From Candidatus Methylomirabilis oxygeniifera (lineage in GTDB: Bacteria; Methylomirabilota; Methylomirabilia; Methylomirabilales; Methylomirabilaceae): a DNA stretch of 32,000 bases. The notes under the pieces were generated by a model. The model saw only the letters and a list, made by a program, of their open reading frames with translations. It had not been told where the DNA came from and did no database searches. Position numbers and translations under genes: made by a program. The stretch spans positions 1,800,001 to 1,832,000 of the forward strand of contig FP565575.1 of NCBI GenBank assembly GCA_000091165.1, written 5' to 3'. Below are positions 10,012 through 17,034 of this stretch, piece by piece. Position 1 is the first letter of the stretch. The number at the start of each line of letters is the position of its first letter.

Positions 10012-10269
10012 AGGTTGGGCAGGTCTCCTGACTCGCGGCTTAGCTTACTCTCTGCGCCTTCCCGTCCAAGTAGTGTTGAGCGTTTAGCGTTGAGTGTCGG
10101 GTTCTGGAACTACACACTCAACACTTACAACTTAACACTTGTCTTTTGGACAGTGGCGTTCAGCAGATTTCAATGCCGCTTACAGTTGCGGGGCAGCAAC
10201 GGCCTGACCTTCTACGCTTTGCGAAGGCTTCACCGTTTTCCCTGTTTCCGCTCTTAGCGGACCCAGCCT
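10012..10269 (-). promoter_or_regulatory. Cobalamin riboswitch upstream of the bluB-cbiR-cobU-cobT-cobS operon
   Basis: Minus strand has GAGTCAGGAGACCTGCC B12 box, GGGAAGGCGCAGAGAG, GCCCCGCAACTGTAAGCGG, GGGAAAACGGTGAAGCC; partial closing stem AGGCTGGG/CCCAACCT. Confidence 0.93.
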
Positions 10270-10330
10270 CACCCGATTTCGTCGGGACGCGGTATATCTA
10301 ATCTTACGTTCGTCCCGGTGTCAACAAAAT

Positions 10331-10363
10331 AAAAGGCACCCCGTAATTCGCGGGGTGCCTTTT
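10331..10363. terminator. Intrinsic terminator (bidirectional-type) downstream of the small exported protein genes
   Basis: AAAAGGCACCCCG-taattc-CGGGGTGCCTTTT perfect hairpin with A/T tails on both sides. Confidence 0.9.
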
Positions 10364-10396
10364 GGCTCGCGTTCGAGCCCGACGAACAAATCAGCG

Positions 10397-10642
10397 CTAC
10401 TTTTTCGCTGGAGCCGGAGCTGGAGCCGGAGCTGGAGCAGCCGCCGGAGCCGGGGCCTCTTCTTTCTTAGCCGCCTTCTTAGCCGCCTTCTTGGCCGGCT
10501 TCTCCGCAGCAGGGGCCGCCTTCTCCGCAGCAGGGGCCGCAGGCGCAGCCTCGTGCTTCTTCATTTCATCAGCAAAGCTCAGACCAGCCACGGAGACGCT
10601 GAACAGGCCGGCCATCACTACGATACCGAGTTTCTTCATCAT
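10397..10642 (-). CDS. Small exported Ala/Pro/Lys-rich low-complexity protein
   Basis: MMKKLGIVVMAGLFSVSVAGLSFA signal peptide, strong Shine-Dalgarno AAGGAGGTGATTTC, downstream terminator; paralogue immediately upstream. Confidence 0.8.
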   Translation of the reverse strand: MMKKLGIVVMAGLFSVSVAGLSFADEMKKHEAAPAAPAAEKAAPAAEKPAKKAAKKAAKKEEAPAPAAAPAPAPAPAPAKK

Positions 10643-10698
10643 CGCTTGAAATCACCTCCTTCCAGGTCTTAATACCATATCGTTCCGAAAAAGAGTGA

Positions 10699-10935
10699 TT
10701 ACTTCTTCGCTGGGGCTGGAGCAGCCGCCGGGGCCTCCTCCGCCTTCTTGTCGGCCTTCTTAGCCGCTGCCTTCTTCTTGGGCTCCTCCTTCTTCGCGCC
10801 AGCACATGGGTTGGCCGGAGCGGCCGCCGCGGGCGCGGCGGGAGCCGCGGACTTCTTCTCGTCAGCAAAGCTCAGACCAGCCACGGAGACGCTGAACAGG
10901 CCGGCCATCACTACGATACCGAGTTTCTTCATCAT
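10699..10935 (-). CDS. Small exported Ala/Pro/Lys-rich low-complexity protein (paralogue)
   Basis: Same signal peptide MMKKLGIVVMAGLFSVSVAGLSFADE and same SD region (AAGGAGGTGATTTCAAGCG) as 10397..10642. Confidence 0.8.
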   Translation of the reverse strand: MMKKLGIVVMAGLFSVSVAGLSFADEKKSAAPAAPAAAAPANPCAGAKKEEPKKKAAAKKADKKAEEAPAAAPAPAKK

Positions 10936-11173
10936 CGCTTGAAATCACCTCCTTCCTCGTTTTGATATCACATCACCAGAAGAATTTAACTGTCACATTT
11001 TGCAGGAGCGGTGCCAAGGTTCGAATTCTTTCACAAATTATTCTCCTCAATAAATCTCACAAGTTACGAACCATACCTACCAGAGTCTGGCGATGAAGGA
11101 AGGGACTTATCCTTCTGTTCACCCGTTTTGGGACGTGGTCTATCCCAATTGGGTTAGCCACGATTGAGGAGAT

Positions 11174-13189
11174 TCAGCGGGAAAAGAGGTGACGAACCCA
11201 GCGCCAAGGAACAAATGCACCTCGGGGGCAGGTTGCTCTTGGTTCCGTCCCCTGGATAAAAACCTCGTCTACGCCGCCTGAACAGTCGGAGGTCAGGCGG
11301 ACGCCGGACGCAGGATCGATCTTGGCTGTGACGATCCCTGGCGGAGGCTCAAAGCTTCGAGACGGATGGCCGACAGACGTGTGCTCAATAAACTGCGTCC
11401 AGATCGGCAGCGCGGCCTGAGCTCCTGTCAACTGAAGCGGGGCCCCGGAATCGATACCGACCCACACGCCGGCAATCAGGTCCGGCGTGTAGCCGACAAA
11501 CCAGGCATCCCGCAGGTCGTTGCTGGTTCCGGTCTTACCCGCAGCTTCCCTAGTCAGCCCGAGGCCATAAGCCGAGGCAGCAGTGCCCCGTTCAATGGCG
11601 CCTCGCAGCATCGACGTTACCAGGAAGGCGGCCTGCGGAGAAGCCGCTCGCCGCACCTCGCGCCTCTCTTCGAACAGGAGATGCCCCTGACCATCCTCCA
11701 CTCTCCTGATCGTATGGGGTCTCAGCCACTCTCCACCCCTGGCGAGCGTGCCATACGCTGCGGTAATCTCCAACACGCTGACCTCAGACGCACCCAATAG
11801 CGTCGCCGGGCTTGGTCGAAGCGGGCTTTCGATGCCTGACGCTCTGGCCTGCTCAATCACGCGACTCAACCCGACTTGCTCGCCAATTGTGATAGTGGCA
11901 GCATTGAGGGACCGCTCAAGCGCCTCGCGCAGCCGAACCTTGCCGTAGTAGATGCCGTTGAAGTTCCTCGGCCTCCATCGTCCGTTCCCCGCATCCGGCG
12001 CAAGCGGACGATCTTCCACAATGGCTGCAGGCGTAAGCGCTTCGCGCCCATCGACGCGTCCGGCTTCAAAAGCCGCCAGATAGATGAATGGCTTGAAGAG
12101 CGAGCCGGGCTGTCGTTTGGCCTGGACGGCGCGGTTAAACTGGCTGCGTTGATAGTCCCTCCCGCCCACCATCGCCTTGATGGCTCCCGCTTTCACATCC
12201 ACCGCCACCAGTGCGCCCTCTACAGTAATCCCTGGCGTCCTCTTTCGCCGTCCGTCAAGCTTCGATAGCCCTTGTACAACGGCCCGATAAGCCGCCTGTT
12301 GCGTTGCCACATCAAGGGTAGTAAAGACCTTCAGTGCCCCGCCATTCGAGGCGCCTGCAAGTTTAGCCTCAAGCTCTTTCCGAACGAAATCTAGAAAATG
12401 CGTCGCTCCCACAGTCGAATCCCGCACGACCCGAACCCGTTCCTTCAGGGCGCGGCGATAGTCTGCATCGCTCAATCTCCGCTCCTCCCACATGCGGCGA
12501 AGGACTAGATCCCGGCGCTGGCAAGCACGTCGCAGCGACACGAGGGGTGAGGTCGTGTTAGGCGACCGGATCAGACCGACCAACAAAGCCACCTCATCCG
12601 GGCGGAGCGCGCCGGGCTCTTTGCCCAGGTAATGGCGCGAGGCGGCCGTCATCCCGCGCACCTCGTAGGTCCCGCGTTGACCGAGATAAACATCGTTGAG
12701 ATACCGCTCCAAAATCTCCGGCTTCGACAGGATGATTTCCATGCCAAGGGCGAGGGCAGCTTCTTTGATCTTTCGTGAGAACGTGCGTTCACGGGTGAGA
12801 TACCGCGACCGGGCAAGTTGTTGGGTCAAGGTGCTCCCACCCTGGACGATGGACTCATGCTGTGCGTTTGCCCATGCGGCCCTCATGACCGCGCGCAAAT
12901 CTACTCCATGATGTTCATAGAAGCGGCGATCTTCCATGAGCAGGACCGCATCGATCAAAAGAGGGGGGTAGGCGCTCAAGGGACGCTCTTCGCGCAATTC
13001 GTAAGCCGATCCATTGAACACCGCCATCGGCGTGTGAGCGCCGGCGGCATAGATCAACAGCGTAGGGCTGAATACCCGGCCGGCCAGAACATGCCAGACC
13101 GCCCAGGCGACCGCGACTCCTGCGAACAGAACCAGGAAGATCCTCGGACGAATTGCCGCCCGCCAGAGAGGTAATGCCTGTCCACTCAT
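11174..13189 (-). CDS. Class A (bifunctional) penicillin-binding protein, peptidoglycan glycosyltransferase/transpeptidase
   Basis: Glycosyltransferase motifs EDRRFYEHHGVD, GGSTLTQQLARSRYLTRERTFSRKIKE; transpeptidase motifs KRQPGSLFKPFIYLAAF, SLNAATITIGEQVG, TAGKTGTSNDLRDAWFVGYTPD. Confidence 0.95.
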   Translation of the reverse strand: MSGQALPLWRAAIRPRIFLVLFAGVAVAWAVWHVLAGRVFSPTLLIYAAGAHTPMAVFNGSAYELREERPLSAYPPLLIDAVLLMEDRRFYEHHGVDLRAVMRAAWANAQHESIVQGGSTLTQQLARSRYLTRERTFSRKIKEAALALGMEIILSKPEILERYLNDVYLGQRGTYEVRGMTAASRHYLGKEPGALRPDEVALLVGLIRSPNTTSPLVSLRRACQRRDLVLRRMWEERRLSDADYRRALKERVRVVRDSTVGATHFLDFVRKELEAKLAGASNGGALKVFTTLDVATQQAAYRAVVQGLSKLDGRRKRTPGITVEGALVAVDVKAGAIKAMVGGRDYQRSQFNRAVQAKRQPGSLFKPFIYLAAFEAGRVDGREALTPAAIVEDRPLAPDAGNGRWRPRNFNGIYYGKVRLREALERSLNAATITIGEQVGLSRVIEQARASGIESPLRPSPATLLGASEVSVLEITAAYGTLARGGEWLRPHTIRRVEDGQGHLLFEERREVRRAASPQAAFLVTSMLRGAIERGTAASAYGLGLTREAAGKTGTSNDLRDAWFVGYTPDLIAGVWVGIDSGAPLQLTGAQAALPIWTQFIEHTSVGHPSRSFEPPPGIVTAKIDPASGVRLTSDCSGGVDEVFIQGTEPRATCPRGAFVPWRWVRHLFSR

Positions 13190-13701
13190 AGTCTTTGTAA
13201 TCGATTCTCGCTATCATCTTGAGTCGTCCGAACCGCGCTCACAATACGACAGTAAAAAGCAACTATCGTGCCATGCCGGACACCACATGACGATGCCTCG
13301 GAAAGCGGCGGTATAACCGCATAATTGACTCTGTTACGCTCAGACCGGCTCGATCTCTAAGAGGTGAGAATTGCACATCAGGAAGGTAAGTTTTGCTTCT
13401 TATTCAACAGGGACACTCGGTAAGGGTCGCCTGTGTGTGCGGTGTGTGTGCGGGTAGATGTGGCAGGGCCCGGAATGAATGGTGCGGAATGCCCGGAGAT
13501 CCGCCGAGCCTCCGTTGGGAAGGCACACGAGAATCGTTCTGCGAAGGCTGAGAGTCTCGCGCTAACAGAAGACTCCGGGATGGCCGGTTACGATCCTCAC
13601 GTACACATCGGAACGATCCTTCACTCTGATCAAATCAGGCACAAAAGGCGGAGTAGGCCCCGCCTGCTTGATGTCAATGGCGCAAAGGGTTGAGCGTACG
13701 A

Positions 13702-14502
13702 TTACTTCTCGATGGCTTTCTGTCTCCGCTGCAGATAGGCGTTCCGCACCGCGCTGTACAAGTCAATGGTCGATTCCTCAACGCTCTCGTACAATTCCAG
13801 ATTCTGCGACCGGGTATTGACGACTTCTCCGCTCCTTCTCCCGAACGATGCGGCCAGTGGAACAAAGTAATTGATCGGGTCCATCGCCACGTCGGCCACA
13901 GCGCCGAAGGCGTCACGGACCGTCAGCGGGGGCAACAATGGGAAGATGAAATAGGGACCCGGACCTACCCCCCATTTACCCAGCGTTTGGCCGGTGTCTG
14001 CGTCGTTCTTTTCAAATCCCCACTTCTTCGCGACATCGAAAAGGCCGATGACCCCCACCGTTGTATTGATACCGAAGCGAGTGAGCTCGTTACCGGCTCC
14101 CTTGAATTCGGCCTGCAACATGTGGTTGACAACGCGCCGAGGCATGGCGACGTTATCGAAGGCGTTGCCGAGGCTTTCCTGTACGGGGTCCGGAAGGTAA
14201 TCCCACGCAGTCCCCACAGGTTTAAGGACATACCGATCAACTATGTTATGGTTGAAGTCGAATATCGTTTCATTATACGGCTCCCAAGGGTCATACTCCT
14301 CAATCTGTTCCTTCTCCATCGACACCGCGCCTTCCATCTGTCGGATAGCGCCCTCATCGGTCGATTGCGGATCCGCCGCCATGACGCCCGATGCGCCTAA
14401 GCTTGCGATTGCCACGGCAACCGCCAATATACCCATCCACGACAATGATCTCCTGACCCTGTGTCCCACCCTTTCTCTCCTTTCCTTGGTCAAAGCCGAC
14501 AT
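13702..14502 (-). CDS. mlaA: MlaA/VacJ family outer-membrane lipid asymmetry protein
   Basis: DPWEPYNETIFDFNHNIVDRYVLKPVGTAWDYLPDPVQESLGNAFDNVAMPRRVVNHMLQ...KWGVGPGPYFIFPLLPPLTVRDAFG...DPINYF. Start placed at ATG 14502; ORF open to 14541. Confidence 0.93.
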   Translation of the reverse strand: MSALTKERRERVGHRVRRSLSWMGILAVAVAIASLGASGVMAADPQSTDEGAIRQMEGAVSMEKEQIEEYDPWEPYNETIFDFNHNIVDRYVLKPVGTAWDYLPDPVQESLGNAFDNVAMPRRVVNHMLQAEFKGAGNELTRFGINTTVGVIGLFDVAKKWGFEKNDADTGQTLGKWGVGPGPYFIFPLLPPLTVRDAFGAVADVAMDPINYFVPLAASFGRRSGEVVNTRSQNLELYESVEESTIDLYSAVRNAYLQRRQKAIEK

Positions 14503-14674
14503 TCGCGATCGCTTACCGCCACTCCTTCGCCCTTGCCCCACCTTCCCAGTTTCCTAAAAGAGCGCATCATCTTTACCATGAATTGTCTTTCTTGTCGCGA
14601 AAAATTTGCAGCTCGTTCTCTGCCTGAACGCCTTCTCTGCGAAAAAGCTCTATCGGGTCATTTTCTGTAGCTGA

Positions 14675-15643
14675 TCACGGGATCAGTAAAACCTTCCCTT
14701 TAGTCTTGCGTTCCTCGAGGCAGCGATGAGCGACGGCAGCCTCGGAAAGCGGGAAGGTCGCATCGATCCGCACAGTAAGCGTCCCCGCAGTGATCCACTC
14801 GAACAGATCCCCTGCCCGTTTCAACAGTTCCGCCCGATCGAGCGTGTAGTGCATCAGGTTAGGACGGGTCAGAAAGACTGAACCCTTGGCGCTGAGCACC
14901 TGAGGATTGAACGGCGGCACCGGTCCGCTCGACTGGCCGTAGAGGACCATGCAGCCGCGAGGACTGAGACAGTTCAGGCTCTTATCGAAGGTATCCTGCC
15001 CGACCGAGTCGTAGACCACGTGCACGCCCCTGCCGTCCGTCAGGCGCCTGGTCTCCGCATCGAAGTCGGCCTGTGTATAAAGGATGACCTCGTCTGCGCC
15101 GGCCTCCCTGGCCAGATGCGCCTTTTCCTCCGTTGAAACGGTCCCGATGACCCTAGCGCCACGCCGCTTCGCCATCTGGATCAGGAGTAGGCCGACGCCG
15201 CCTGCCGCCGCATGGATCAGCGCGCAGTCGCCCGGCTGGAGCGGATAGGTGCTGTGAGTCAGATAGTGCGCGGTCAGCCCTTGCAACATCACCGCCGCCG
15301 CCAACCGCACATCGATGGCATCCGGAATCGGCACCAGCCGCCGCGCCGGAACCACCGCATACTCCGAGTAGGCGCCTACGTGCATCGCGTAGACGACGCG
15401 GGTTCCCGGCGTAAGGTCCGACACGCCCGGACCGACCGCGTCGATGACGCCGGCCGCCTCCCTGCCTGGGATTACCGGCAACGGGTCAGGGTACTGGCCC
15501 TTCCGCTGGTAGATGTCGATATAGTTGACCCCCACCGCCTCAATCTTGACCCGTGCTTCGCCCGCGCCGGGTTCGGGGAGCGCTACCTCTTCACAGCGAA
15601 GCACTTCAGGACCGCCATACTCATGCATCCGAATCGCCCGCAT
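14675..15643 (-). CDS. qor: Zn-independent MDR-family quinone oxidoreductase (NADPH:quinone reductase)
   Basis: [49 protein letters not shown]...[31 protein letters not shown]. Confidence 0.93.
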   Translation of the reverse strand: MRAIRMHEYGGPEVLRCEEVALPEPGAGEARVKIEAVGVNYIDIYQRKGQYPDPLPVIPGREAAGVIDAVGPGVSDLTPGTRVVYAMHVGAYSEYAVVPARRLVPIPDAIDVRLAAAVMLQGLTAHYLTHSTYPLQPGDCALIHAAAGGVGLLLIQMAKRRGARVIGTVSTEEKAHLAREAGADEVILYTQADFDAETRRLTDGRGVHVVYDSVGQDTFDKSLNCLSPRGCMVLYGQSSGPVPPFNPQVLSAKGSVFLTRPNLMHYTLDRAELLKRAGDLFEWITAGTLTVRIDATFPLSEAAVAHRCLEERKTKGKVLLIP

Positions 15644-15686
15644 ACTGTTGTCTCCCTCTGGAAAAGCGATCAGCGAGATAGCTCTC

Positions 15687-15846
15687 AGCGCTCAGCCGTC
15701 AGCAATCAGCCAATAAACGTCATTCCCGCGAAATCGGGAATTCAGAACACGACTGGATTCCGGATCAAGTCCGGAATGACAAACTGCTCAAAACAACGCA
15801 CACGAGTATACCTATATCTTCGGCTGAAAGCTGATCGCTGATCGCT
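15687..15846. repeat. Heptad-phased (GCTGANN) inverted repeat pair enclosing a CGTCATTCC-type palindrome
   Basis: AGCGCTCAGCCGTCAGCAATCAGCC (15687-15711) and GGCTGAAAGCTGATCGCTGATCGCT (15822-15846) are inverted copies phased at 7 nt; between them is 15718-15780 CGTCATTCCCGCGAAATCGGGAA...CTGGATTCCGGATCAAGTCCGGAATGAC. Confidence 0.8.
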
Positions 15847-16211
15847 CAGTAAGAAACCGATCGATCGTACTCCACAAGCAGTTGGGCGTACCGTTTGATG
15901 TCGATCTTCTCGGCCACCGGCACACGCTTGAGGTCTTCGTCCAAGACCCCACGGGTCTGGGCTCACCCCCCTCAGAGATAGATCGGGATCTGATGATCCA
16001 CGGCAAACTGAAACAGCTCGTCGAGCGGTGGAAGACCATAGGGCTTGACGTGCTGCCGAAACTCCGGCTTGATCAGAACCGTCGCATCGAGCGCCAGTAC
16101 AATGCCGACGTCGATGCCCGACTCCTTCGCGCCCTTCGCCACGAAGAACGGCATCGCCGCCCGCGTGGAGTTATCGTACCCATGGGTTGCCGTAATCAGC
16201 AATCTCGCCAT
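15846..16211 (-). CDS. DsrE-like small protein, candidate selenoprotein with in-frame UGA-GGG-GGG-UGA (U-G-G-U) at the expected CxxC site
   Basis: Readthrough product MARLLITATHGYDNSTRAAMPFFVAKGAKESGIDVGIVLALDATVLIKPEFRQHVKPYGLPPLDELFQFAVDHQIPIYL[U]GG[U]AQTRGVLDEDLKRVPVAEKIDIKRYAQLLVEYDRSVSY*. UGAs at 15972-15974 and 15963-15965; final stop 15846-15848. No frameshift needed. Confidence 0.75.
15929..15951 (-). promoter_or_regulatory. bSECIS-like hairpin downstream of the two in-frame UGAs
   Basis: Minus strand TGGGGTCTT-GGACG-AAGACCTCA: 9-bp stem (one G-U), 5-nt loop beginning with G, about 20 nt after the second UGA and about 29 nt after the first. Confidence 0.6.
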
Positions 16212-16265
16212 CGTCCCCTCCCTCCTTCTCCTTGAAGCTCTGTTTATTCAGGAGTTCACAATACC

Positions 16266-16961
16266 TCAAATGTTGAGCCGCGGGGTGGCTTCCCACTCCT
16301 GGATCGCGCGGTTCCAGCGGCAGAATCCACAAGAAGATGAGCTGACTGGGGCAGGACCGCAAAGAACCGTCACAGCCTCTTTAACAAGTGCTTCAGCGGT
16401 CGTAGGATCGGTCGGAACTTCATGGACGTCAACCTGGAACTGAATAAGGCCATGTTCCTTTACTTCCACGGGATGATAGTAGATCAGATACGCGAGGCGC
16501 TTGGTCTTATGGCCGTTGCCTTCCAGCAGGAGCGTATAGAGATTCATCTGGGTCTGGTAGAATGCGTGGGTGTCGGCCTTCGGGGCATACCCCCTGGTCT
16601 TGTAGTCCAGCGGGTAGTAGAAGCCGGCCTCATCAACGAGACACTCGTCCAACGCGCCCATCACCTCCACGTCAGCCCAGGTCGGAGCATAGCGGATCCC
16701 GCGTCTCCAGTCGCGCCATCGGTCGATCGTCCGTTCGTCCGATAAGAGCCGTCCAGGAAGCTTCCCTTTCACTTCTGGCGGCAGCTCGCCCCGATCCCGG
16801 AACCGGTCAAAGTATCGCTTGAACAGGAGGTCCAGCCCGCCAGGGAGACTCGGAAAGATCGTGTCGGGGCGCTTGACCACGGCGTTGATCTCCAGCCAGA
16901 AGCAACGGGGGCACTCGGCGTACAATCCCAGGCGGCTGTTGGATAACGTGAGGCGCTTCAT
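16266..16961 (-). CDS. PD-(D/E)XK nuclease superfamily (RecB/Cas4-like) protein with cysteine pairs
   Basis: MKRLTLSNSRLGLYAECPRCFWLE...MGALDECLVDEAGFYYPLDYKTRGY...YQTQMNLYTLLLEGNG...YLIYYHP...CGFCRW: GALDECL/YPLDYKT catalytic motif and N-/C-terminal Cys motifs. Confidence 0.75.
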   Translation of the reverse strand: MKRLTLSNSRLGLYAECPRCFWLEINAVVKRPDTIFPSLPGGLDLLFKRYFDRFRDRGELPPEVKGKLPGRLLSDERTIDRWRDWRRGIRYAPTWADVEVMGALDECLVDEAGFYYPLDYKTRGYAPKADTHAFYQTQMNLYTLLLEGNGHKTKRLAYLIYYHPVEVKEHGLIQFQVDVHEVPTDPTTAEALVKEAVTVLCGPAPVSSSSCGFCRWNRAIQEWEATPRLNI

Positions 16962-17034
16962 GCTGTCGTTGCGGGGCTTCTCAAAGTATTCGACGGGGAT
17001 GCGTGCAAGGGTGAGGCCTTACGGTGTCCGGCCC

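Noticed and set aside
15742-15966. 74-aa and 75-aa minus-strand ORFs (15742..15966, 15812..16039) as independent genes
   Set aside because: They are other frames over the C-terminus of the DsrE-like readthrough product and the adjacent palindrome; the UGA readthrough frame explains the region better.
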